Shown here piece after piece: positions 1 through 6,852 of a DNA stretch of 64,000 nt. The stretch covers positions 62,001 to 126,000 of IMG/VR virus record IMGVR_UViG_3300033153_007973, one strand, 5' to 3'. Both the position numbers and the translations under genes were made by a program. Every line of letters starts with the position of its first letter. Positions within the stretch are counted from its first letter, which is position 1. The notes below the pieces were generated by a model, which ran no database searches, was not told the DNA's origin, and saw nothing but the letters and a program-made list of their open reading frames with translations.

Positions 1-14
1 AGAGGACTAGAGAT

Positions 15-278
15 ATGGGCAATGGACCTTCATTTATTGTTAAACATGCTAGAGCCGCCGATGATGCTGTTAATGTCGAGGTCATATGTCCACATTGTAG
101 TAAGATTCAATATGATATGATCGTCAGAGGGATTGATGTTGGAAGATGCTGTATGCATTGCATGAGTTCAGCTACTATTAGAGCAAAGGATGTGGAACAC
201 GCCATCAATGATTTGTTAGAACAAGATAAGCCCATGAATATGAGTGTGTTGCGTGATGGGCTTATACCGGAGGAATAA
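15..278 (+). CDS. small Zn-ribbon-like hypothetical protein with C-terminal LRDGLIP motif
   Basis: GAGGA SD; CPHC...CMHC; stop overlaps next ATG (TAATG). Confidence 0.75.
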   Translation: MGNGPSFIVKHARAADDAVNVEVICPHCSKIQYDMIVRGIDVGRCCMHCMSSATIRAKDVEHAINDLLEQDKPMNMSVLRDGLIPEE

Positions 279-733
279 TGTCACAAGCAGATGCACTAGA
301 AGCATTAATGAGGAGAAGAAATATGGCATTGACACCAGCACCACGAGCTATATCACGTAGTGAAGCAGCATACGAACGCCCACCAATGATTGCACAAAAT
401 GCTTGGCTCCGGGTTCCAAATGGAAACGTAAAGCCGCCGGAGCCAAAAATAGATGGCCCTGATATCAGTACGAAAACGATTATCCTAGATATGATCTCTA
501 TGGGTGTCGCTGTGCTGCGTCGGCTTTGGACCAAGAAGAAGGTATCATATGGTAATGTCGCGGCTGATGTACTGAAGACGCGTAAAAAAGAAGATGAGAA
601 GCTGGCGATTCTGGTCAGTCCAGTTATCAGACCGGGGATTATTACACTGGATAAACTTCCAAAGAAGAGACCGCGACCGGTTCCAACTATAGATGGCATT
701 GGCATAATGAGAGGAGATATCGATGGCGACTAA
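278..733 (+). CDS. hypothetical protein
   Basis: GGAGG SD, coupled to upstream ORF; internal IRPGII motif. Confidence 0.7.
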   Translation: MSQADALEALMRRRNMALTPAPRAISRSEAAYERPPMIAQNAWLRVPNGNVKPPEPKIDGPDISTKTIILDMISMGVAVLRRLWTKKKVSYGNVAADVLKTRKKEDEKLAILVSPVIRPGIITLDKLPKKRPRPVPTIDGIGIMRGDIDGD

Positions 734-1028
734 CGTAGGAGAGAATGATCCGCGTTTCCTTCAAGATATGCTCGATATACCGACGAATGAGCCAGCATGG
801 CAGCTGGATAGTCGGGGCAATATCATAGGTATAGTTAATTGTCCGCGGGCTGTGCATTATCAGCTGGATGAGAATGGTGTGATAGATTTTAATCATACGG
901 TTAATGTGCCGCCAGCGCTAGGAGATATATTCTCTGCTATGAATAAAGAGAATGAAGAAAAACCGGTAGTACCTGATGTTGCGCAGATAGTGCGTTCTGG
1001 ACTTATTCCTGATGATACCATTCGGTAG
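723..1028 (+). CDS. hypothetical protein with C-terminal VRSGLIP motif
   Basis: AGGAG SD; overlaps end of upstream ORF. Confidence 0.75.
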   Translation: MATNVGENDPRFLQDMLDIPTNEPAWQLDSRGNIIGIVNCPRAVHYQLDENGVIDFNHTVNVPPALGDIFSAMNKENEEKPVVPDVAQIVRSGLIPDDTIR

Positions 1029-1041
1029 TATAGGAGGAGAC

Positions 1042-1407
1042 ATGGGAATAGTAGTTTGCGGGCCAATGTGCATATATCGATCTGGACGTAAGTGTTCACA
1101 TGAGGATGCGCCGGATACTTTCCTCAGTAAATGGTTCCCGAAATGGTTCTCGCCCAGATGCACTGAGTGGGGTAAATTACAGGAAGACTGCGACATGCAT
1201 GAGCTTCCCCCGCGACCACCCATGCGTGGAAGAGCGATGCGAACTGAGAGGCCGGCTAATCTAGATGGTATCTCCATGCAGTTACATACGACAATGGACC
1301 CAGATGTATTCTTTGGTAAGAGGACAATGGGAGGAAAACAGTTGCAGCCAGACTCCACCAAGGTAATCAGGAAGGGACTTATCCCGGAGGATAAAAATGG
1401 CAAGTAA
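1042..1407 (+). CDS. Cys-rich hypothetical protein with C-terminal IRKGLIP motif
   Basis: AGGAGG SD before ATG 1042, preferred over the track start 1012. Confidence 0.75.
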   Translation: MGIVVCGPMCIYRSGRKCSHEDAPDTFLSKWFPKWFSPRCTEWGKLQEDCDMHELPPRPPMRGRAMRTERPANLDGISMQLHTTMDPDVFFGKRTMGGKQLQPDSTKVIRKGLIPEDKNGK

Positions 1408-1684
1408 AATATATTTCATGAGCGATGCACATATCGGAAATGGAGATATGATAGACAATCTGAAACTATATACTAGAGATCCAAGTAAAGAGATCTCGCT
1501 GCTTTGGGACAAGATCGCAGACCAGAAAAAGGTCTCTAGTGATCCAAATGACATGGTACTGACATATTCAGTGGGTAAGTTCGGGAAGGGGCTGAGAATA
1601 GAGGAGAAGAAGGAGAGACCGGTGATCCCTGAAATCTCGAAGACCATCAGAGATGGGATCATCCCGTTCAGCAAACTGACATAA
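1397..1684 (+). CDS. hypothetical protein with C-terminal IRDGIIP motif
   Basis: GGAGG SD; overlapping coupling. Confidence 0.75.
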   Translation: MASKIYFMSDAHIGNGDMIDNLKLYTRDPSKEISLLWDKIADQKKVSSDPNDMVLTYSVGKFGKGLRIEEKKERPVIPEISKTIRDGIIPFSKLT

Positions 1685-2286
1685 TGCCTATATCTAAGTC
1701 ACATTTTCTTGGTATTCTGAGAGAACGCCGGGACCGGCGCGAGCAAGAGAAGAGACTGGCCACACATGATGATGTATCAAAAGAGAAGAAGAGGAAGAAG
1801 CTTGCCAGGATCTCAATGACCGATGAGGTATTTATGAGATTCCTCACTGGAGAATACTACATAGATCTAGATGATGATATTGTCATAGAAAGAATGTGGA
1901 TTGAGAACCAATATGTGGAGGCCAAAATAAATATCGTTATATCAGGGGAGAGTCTGAAAGTAGGTTATACTACGCCAAATGCAAGTATCCCGGAGTTCTC
2001 TATGGATATACAGACTTCGAATTCCAAGCCAATCTCGCGCGGACAGGTTGACGTCACCGAATGTCCTGGTATAATGGGAGTTAGAGCGAAAACCAGAGGT
2101 GAGATCAAGATAGTCGAGAGACTCCTTGATCTCGATAAGAATGCGGTTGATGCAGATAGTGATATGATAAGTATGGCTGCTCAGCGTCTTATTGGTGATA
2201 TTCCTAATATATCTAACGAGGTTGCTGAGATGATCATCAGAGAGCTTTTGGAAGGAGAAGAAAGAACGACACATGATGTGGTATAA
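1684..2286 (+). CDS. hypothetical protein
   Basis: 200-aa ORF coupled by TAATG. Confidence 0.7.
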   Translation: MPISKSHFLGILRERRDRREQEKRLATHDDVSKEKKRKKLARISMTDEVFMRFLTGEYYIDLDDDIVIERMWIENQYVEAKINIVISGESLKVGYTTPNASIPEFSMDIQTSNSKPISRGQVDVTECPGIMGVRAKTRGEIKIVERLLDLDKNAVDADSDMISMAAQRLIGDIPNISNEVAEMIIRELLEGEERTTHDVV

Positions 2287-2289
2287 TAT

Positions 2290-2571
2290 TGCCTTATGGC
2301 GGAAAGGGAGACGCAGGAGGGTAGGTGAGAGCACCAGCATCTGTGGCCAGGATGCTACACGACTGTGACAAGCAGGAGAGCAAACACCGTTAGCTTGGAG
2401 GATGAGCGGGATCCAAAGGGTGAGCGCGGACACCTACAGTGGTATGTCAGTGAGAAGAGCAGAAGTGTATGACCCAAAGTAAATGGCCTATGCTGACATG
2501 AAGCCGAGAATCTTGTCCGGCCAGATACCCACAAAAAGGTGCTCATTCCAGTTCGAGTCTGGATAAGGCAA
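2290..2571 (+). ncRNA. ~280-nt structured RNA with tRNA-like acceptor, D and T arms
   Basis: TGCCTTA/TAAGGCA stem; Leu-type D arm GCGGAAAGGGAGACGC; T arm TCCAG-TTCGAGT-CTGGA; long-range internal helices. Confidence 0.7.
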
Positions 2572-2586
2572 ATGTGTAAAATGATC

Positions 2587-2664
2587 GCGGGACGGCATAA
2601 GAGGCAGGGGAGCCTTGTTGGTTTCATACGCCATCGCCTGACGAGTTCGACTCTCGGTCCCGCT
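2587..2664 (+). tRNA. atypical tRNA, anticodon CAT
   Basis: GCGGGAC/GTCCCGC; TGGT-TTCATAC-GCCA; CGAG-TTCGACT-CTCG; irregular D region. Confidence 0.55.
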
Positions 2665-2668
2665 AACT

Positions 2669-2785
2669 TGTGGGTGGTACGCACCAATAGAAAGGTGTAC
2701 GCGGCAGAGCCACCGGATCGGTCGCGTGGTCCCTCTCAGATGGCCACTGAAACCTTTGTCAGGTTGAATTCCTGACCCACCCACA
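2669..2785 (+). ncRNA. tRNA-like RNA without canonical anticodon arm
   Basis: 9-bp terminal stem TGTGGGTGG/CCACCCACA; T-like arm GTCAGG-TTGAATT-CCTGAC; D-like hairpin GCACC/GGTGT. Confidence 0.6.
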
Positions 2786-2807
2786 TTCTTTTAATAGAGG
2801 AGATAAG

Positions 2808-3323
2808 ATGATACCAACAGAGAGTGCCTGGGACCTGTATTACCGCGTATTCAATGACAATGATGATGTCTATGTGATCACTGATAGTGATGAAGCATAC
2901 TGGGGTAAGGCACACGCCACCCAGACAGGACTTCTGCTATCTCATCCTAACGTAGTGGACAGGTTCTTAGATTGGGATGATATTACGTTTATGGCACATG
3001 ATGGATTCCCTGTCCGCAAGCTGATGGGAGCTGATGGATCAAAGGCGATCGAGAAGACGAATACCAATACGATCGAGGCAGGTATCAGGAAGCTCCTGAC
3101 TAAGAACCCAAGCATCACAGATGGTCCGCGGGTGAAGCAGGCAGTATTCGGAGATCCGTTCCTGGTCGAGAATGTCGAAGCTACTCTGATGAATACATAT
3201 TATCCCGGGAACCACATCTGGGAACCAGAACACGAGGAGCTGATCATCCTCAAGGCGCCGGATGGTGCAGTTGGTCTTCTGTATGAACTGAACCGTATAT
3301 ATCATTTTGATGCGCGGGAGTAG
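2808..3323 (+). CDS. hypothetical protein
   Basis: AGGAG SD; 171 aa; stop codon inside tRNA-Gly. Confidence 0.8.
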   Translation: MIPTESAWDLYYRVFNDNDDVYVITDSDEAYWGKAHATQTGLLLSHPNVVDRFLDWDDITFMAHDGFPVRKLMGADGSKAIEKTNTNTIEAGIRKLLTKNPSITDGPRVKQAVFGDPFLVENVEATLMNTYYPGNHIWEPEHEELIILKAPDGAVGLLYELNRIYHFDARE

Positions 3324-3385
3324 CTCAGGGGTAGAGCGCCTGCTTGCCATGCAGGAGGTCGAGGGTTCGAATCCCTTTTCCCGCT
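3314..3385 (+). tRNA. tRNA-Gly(GCC)
   Basis: cloverleaf; CCTGC-TTGCCAT-GCAGG. Confidence 0.95.
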
Positions 3386-3397
3386 CAGGAGGAAAGA

Positions 3398-3484
3398 ATG
3401 AGAAACGAAGAACAGGAAATACTGAAGATCCTTGGAATTCTCATTTTGACAGGAATTCTTCTTGCAATTTTCTTCTCTTTCTGA
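3398..3484 (+). CDS. 28-aa single-TM peptide MRNEEQEILKILGILILTGILLAIFFSF
   Basis: AGGAGG SD; manual translation. Confidence 0.6.
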   Translation: MRNEEQEILKILGILILTGILLAIFFSF

Positions 3485-3499
3485 TAATATAGATTATAT

Positions 3500-3571
3500 G
3501 CGGATAAGGTGTTAATGGCTGCACGGGAGCCTTCCAAGCTTTCGGATCGGGTTCGATTCCCGATATCCGCT
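3500..3571 (+). tRNA. tRNA-Gly(TCC)
   Basis: cloverleaf; loop CTTCCAA. Confidence 0.93.
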
Positions 3572-3578
3572 CATGAAT

Positions 3579-3652
3579 GGCTGCGTAGCGTAGCGGTCTA
3601 ACGCACCGCCCTGTCAAGGCGGGGATCGACGGTTCGAATCCGTTCGTGGCCG
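3579..3652 (+). tRNA. tRNA-Asp(GTC)
   Basis: cloverleaf; loop CTGTCAA; G73. Confidence 0.95.
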
Positions 3653-3654
3653 AT

Positions 3655-3728
3655 GCACCCTTAGCTCAGCTGGCTAGAGCAAGCGGTCGATAACCGCTAG
3701 GTCCCTGGTTCGAGTCCAGGAGGGTGCA
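3655..3728 (+). tRNA. tRNA-Ile(GAT), C33
   Basis: cloverleaf; AGCGG-TCGATAA-CCGCT. Confidence 0.92.
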
Positions 3729-3729
3729 C

Positions 3730-3954
3730 ATGATTGAGATATTAACTATAGTGGCTGCAATCGCTGAGATTGCTGGTATCTATCTTCTGGGTCAGAAAAA
3801 GAAGCTCGGGTTTATTCTGGGTTCAATTTCTGGTGTGCTCTGGGTCGCCTATACTGTGATAACCGGGAATGCGATCGGTCTTGTAATCGTATGTTCCGTA
3901 ACCTTTGTTCTTAATGGACGAGGATTCTTCAAGTGGAGGAAAGAAGAGACATGA
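3730..3954 (+). CDS. PnuC-like three-helix membrane protein
   Basis: three hydrophobic segments; GIYLLGQKKKLGF...LW...GFFKW pattern resembles half of PnuC. Confidence 0.55.
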   Translation: MIEILTIVAAIAEIAGIYLLGQKKKLGFILGSISGVLWVAYTVITGNAIGLVIVCSVTFVLNGRGFFKWRKEET

Positions 3955-4604
3955 ATACATTCATGAAGATTATCAACAAGATATTTAAGAAGAATCCTGG
4001 AAGAAATAAGTGGATGTTGAAAGCTGCTCAGAATGGTGATGTTCTCCTAATTGGTTGCGATAGATTTACTACCAACCTAACATCTAAGCTTCTTCACGAG
4101 GGAATTATCAAGTTTACTGGTGGAAAGTGGTCTCATTCTGGAATCATCAAGATCATAAGAGGTGAGACCAATGTCATAGAAGCAACCAGTGATGGAGTCA
4201 TAACCACTCCATTATGGAGATATATGACATCTAATGGTATATCATATAACATGAAGATTAAGAGAGTCCAAGAAGAACACATCTCACAAGCAAAGAAAGC
4301 GGCATGCAATGCCAAGAAACACAAGGGCAAAAAGTATGATTATGTAGCAGTGATCAATTTGGCCGGTTATATTCTCTATACGAAACAGAAGAGAAAAGGT
4401 CTATCATTGCCGAATGCAGAAGACATCTTCGGCAGAAACACTCCCGATCTCTTTATTTGTTCAGAGCTTGTTCATGCTGCATATAGAGAAGCTGGAATAT
4501 GTCTGTGTGATTTCGTAGAGGATCCAGATGAACAAGAAGCACTGGTAACTCCTCGAGATCTGGACGAATCCAAATATCTACACGATGTGAGAAAACCTAA
4601 ATAA
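3951..4604 (+). CDS. permuted papain-like NlpC/P60 (YiiX/YaeF-type) cysteine hydrolase
   Basis: GDVLL, WSHSGI, IEAT..GV, KKYDY, FICSELV, VTPRDL with His before Cys. Confidence 0.85.
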   Translation: MNTFMKIINKIFKKNPGRNKWMLKAAQNGDVLLIGCDRFTTNLTSKLLHEGIIKFTGGKWSHSGIIKIIRGETNVIEATSDGVITTPLWRYMTSNGISYNMKIKRVQEEHISQAKKAACNAKKHKGKKYDYVAVINLAGYILYTKQKRKGLSLPNAEDIFGRNTPDLFICSELVHAAYREAGICLCDFVEDPDEQEALVTPRDLDESKYLHDVRKPK

Positions 4605-4608
4605 ATCG

Positions 4609-4637
4609 TTGACAAGAAGAAACTTGTGCTTTATAAT
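4609..4637 (+). promoter_or_regulatory. sigma70-type promoter
   Basis: TTGACA-17-TATAAT. Confidence 0.85.
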
Positions 4638-4778
4638 GACACATAGATTAGAGAAAGAAACCAACCAACGCCCGCGGAGGACTATAACATGAAACTATCA
4701 CCTACCTCATTAGAAATTCCCCTTAGTAAGCTAGCCGCGCGGGCATCATTTAGTTATCAGCATATATCTGAACTTCTT

Positions 4779-4850
4779 GGCTCCGTAGTCTAGCGGCTAG
4801 GACACCAGGTTTTCATCCTGGGGGTGGGAGTTCGATTCTCCCCGGAGCTA
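4779..4850 (+). tRNA. tRNA-Glu(TTC)
   Basis: cloverleaf; CCAGG-TTTTCAT-CCTGG. Confidence 0.93.
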
Positions 4851-4854
4851 ATAT

Positions 4855-4926
4855 GTCAGGGGTAACTCAATGGTAGAGTGCACGACTGTGACTCGTGTTA
4901 CGGGGGTTCGATTCCCCTTCCTTGAC
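4855..4926 (+). tRNA. tRNA-His(GTG)
   Basis: cloverleaf with encoded G-1:C73; loop CTGTGAC. Confidence 0.93.
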
Positions 4927-4939
4927 CAAAGGAGATTGA

Positions 4940-5488
4940 ATGGCTAATGTCAGAGATAGCATAGGTAAGATGAGCAAAGTACATTTAATAGATGTCATTG
5001 CTGATGTTGCGATTTATCTCTCATTCCAGCAACATACCCGGAATAAGGATCTGGCGCATGTGGAAAAACTAGAAAAATGCTTGACAACTCTGGAATCATT
5101 GAAGAACTGGAGGACGAAGAAATCTTTGGAAGGGAAGATGAAAACCAAGGAACCTTTAGCATTAACCAATGATATGTTGTTTGATCCAGTAGCTCAAGAG
5201 GAGGTAAATAAGTCTGGCCGTGGTGTGAAGATTAAGAAATCGCCACCAAAGAAACAGGTCAAAAAGAAAACAAAGAGAACAAATGCAACACATACTCATG
5301 AGTTGACACAGGATGAAATAGAAGCACTATTATCAGCTATATCAGATAATCCACCGATAATAGGGTCTGATTCTCTGGAGGAACTCTCGATAAGAGATCG
5401 ACCCCGTCGGCGTCAATCATTTTATAGCCGAACACGGAGCAGACATATACGAATACGAATGGACAGAGAAAGGAAATCACCAGAATAA
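4940..5488 (+). CDS. hypothetical protein with FliM-N-like peptide
   Basis: AAGGAG SD; ELTQDEIEALLSAIS. Confidence 0.75.
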   Translation: MANVRDSIGKMSKVHLIDVIADVAIYLSFQQHTRNKDLAHVEKLEKCLTTLESLKNWRTKKSLEGKMKTKEPLALTNDMLFDPVAQEEVNKSGRGVKIKKSPPKKQVKKKTKRTNATHTHELTQDEIEALLSAISDNPPIIGSDSLEELSIRDRPRRRQSFYSRTRSRHIRIRMDRERKSPE

Positions 5489-5490
5489 TT

Positions 5491-5575
5491 GGAGAGGTGC
5501 GAGAGCGGTTGAATCGGGCTCCCTGCTAAGGAGTTGGGTGTAACAGCCCCGGGGGTTCGAATCCCTCCCTCTCCG
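5491..5575 (+). tRNA. tRNA-Ser(GCT)
   Basis: cloverleaf with long variable arm; G73. Confidence 0.95.
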
Positions 5576-5599
5576 AACTAACTTAAAAAGGAGAAGTAG

Positions 5600-5875
5600 A
5601 TGCCAGACGAAACAAAGATTGTAATACCAAAAAAGGTTCCAAGTAAGAAAGAAGTAGAGGTCATGCAACATGGTGCACAGTGGATCAATGAAGGTAATGA
5701 AATAACATGTCCAGAATGCATGTCGCGTAGTCCAAGGATCAGATGTACTGTAGATAAAGGATTTGATCTCTCTACGGCAAAGGATCCAAATATTGGAAGA
5801 GCAACACATAAGTATATTGCAAAATGTCAATGTACTTTATGTAGTTGCGCATTCGAGATCAGACGCAGCGAGTAG
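5600..5875 (+). CDS. Zn-ribbon hypothetical protein
   Basis: AAGGAG SD; CPEC...CTLC. Confidence 0.75.
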   Translation: MPDETKIVIPKKVPSKKEVEVMQHGAQWINEGNEITCPECMSRSPRIRCTVDKGFDLSTAKDPNIGRATHKYIAKCQCTLCSCAFEIRRSE

Positions 5876-5881
5876 CTAGAC

Positions 5882-5969
5882 GGAGCGGTATCCAAGTCCG
5901 GTTGAAGGAGTCGCACTGTAAATGCGATGCCACGTGCTAAACTCGATGGTTCGAATCCATCCCGCTCCA
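5882..5969 (+). tRNA. tRNA-Tyr(GTA)
   Basis: cloverleaf; TCGCA-CTGTAAA-TGCGA. Confidence 0.92.
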
Positions 5970-5983
5970 ATTGGGTAATGAAT

Positions 5984-6131
5984 CCGGTAATTTTGGTTAC
6001 CGATATTAACGGAAACCGGTAACATGTGTTACCGGAATACCAATACCCGATAAGGTATAATATGTTGGTAGTTATACCCGAAAGGGATGATTTACTGATA
6101 AGATATTAGTAATTATACCCGAACGGGTATA
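5984..6131. repeat. array of six short palindromes
   Basis: 2x CCGGTAA-N6-TTACCG, 3x ATACCCGA..GG(TAT), 1x TTACTGATA-AGA-TATTAGTAA. Confidence 0.8.
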
Positions 6132-6132
6132 T

Positions 6133-6214
6133 GGAGAGGTGGACAACGGTTGTCGAACGGTTTTGAAAACCGTCGCTGGTAAAACAGTTGCAGGTTCGAA
6201 TCCTGTCCTCTCCG
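6133..6214 (+). tRNA. tRNA-Ser(TGA)
   Basis: ACGGT-TTTGAAA-ACCGT; variable arm; G73. Confidence 0.9.
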
Positions 6215-6215
6215 C

Positions 6216-6431
6216 ATGTGTGACAGAGCAGAAGATTGGGACCTAATGATCCGCGCTGAAGCAAAATGCACGGGCGCTAATGTTCACAGGATTCATACCC
6301 TTACATGCTTGCTGGATGGTGCATGGTCGCTCAAACAGGAGAATAGGGAAGATGCTAAAGAATGGCGGAAAGAACTAGTACAATTTGTTTATGGACGCAC
6401 TCGTGCTGGAATGGTAGACAGGTCTGGTTGA
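6216..6431 (+). CDS. possible hypothetical protein
   Basis: fills spacer but has no SD and ends inside tRNA-Leu. Confidence 0.35.
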   Translation: MCDRAEDWDLMIRAEAKCTGANVHRIHTLTCLLDGAWSLKQENREDAKEWRKELVQFVYGRTRAGMVDRSG

Positions 6432-6480
6432 GAACCAGGTGTCAGTAATGGGCGTGTGAGTTCGACTCTCACCGGGTGCA
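6397..6480 (+). tRNA. tRNA-Leu(GAG)
   Basis: cloverleaf with variable arm. Confidence 0.94.
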
Positions 6481-6485
6481 TATGC

Positions 6486-6556
6486 ACACCTATAGCTCAG
6501 GGGCAGAGCAGGAGACCTTTAATCTTTTGACGGTGGTTCGATTCCACCTAGGTGTA
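6486..6556 (+). tRNA. tRNA-Lys(TTT), C33
   Basis: GGAGA-CCTTTAA-TCTTT. Confidence 0.88.
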
Positions 6557-6580
6557 AACCTCTCGAGTTCGAGAGGTTTA
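6555..6580. repeat. perfect 12-bp inverted repeat between the two tRNA-Lys genes
   Basis: TAAACCTCTCGA-GT-TCGAGAGGTTTA. Confidence 0.8.
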
Positions 6581-6583
6581 GAA

Positions 6584-6657
6584 GGACGTGTAACTCAACT
6601 AGGTAGAGTAGCGGGCCCTTAACCCGCAAGTTGTGGGTTCGATTCCCACCGCGTTCA
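6584..6657 (+). tRNA. tRNA-Lys(CTT), C33
   Basis: GCGGG-CCCTTAA-CCCGC. Confidence 0.92.
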
Positions 6658-6658
6658 G

Positions 6659-6760
6659 ATGTTCACGAAGGCTCAACAAAGCCCGACGACACCCGATGCT
6701 AGATCAGGCTGAGGGACGCATGCAGAGGCCGAGTTGTTCAGAGCTGGATCTTTGTGACAT
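6659..6760 (+). ncRNA. putative rod-like structured RNA
   Basis: nested helices TCACGAAG/CTTTGTGA, GCTC/GAGC, AACAA/TTGTT. Confidence 0.45.
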
Positions 6761-6768
6761 GTACAAAA

Positions 6769-6847
6769 GAAGCCGTAGTGTAGAGGCAGCACACCGCCGG
6801 GTAACAACTGTGCGGAGGGGTTATGGTTCAATACCTAGCCGGCTTCC
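6769..6847 (+). tRNA. atypical tRNA with extended anticodon arm (loop GTAACAA)
   Basis: GAAGCCG/CGGCTTC; D arm GTGT/GCAC; bulged T arm GG-TTCAATA-CC. Confidence 0.55.
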
Positions 6848-6852
6848 AAGTG

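Noticed and set aside
2290-2571. Canonical tmRNA or group I intron-containing tRNA-Leu
   Set aside because: No G3:U70, a D stem is present, the internal frame lacks an Ala-rich C-terminus, no P7 (R/S) consensus, and no reconstitutable anticodon stem.
2587-2664. tRNA-Sec (TTCA in loop)
   Set aside because: The best stem centres CAT; no long variable arm or 8-bp acceptor.
5984-6131. CRISPR array
   Set aside because: Units are short, of different types and irregularly spaced, with no constant repeat-spacer period. The Cas4-like domains have no cas context.
6486-6556. Ochre suppressor (TTA) reading
   Set aside because: The 5-bp stem fixes a 7-nt loop CCTTTAA with TTT central.
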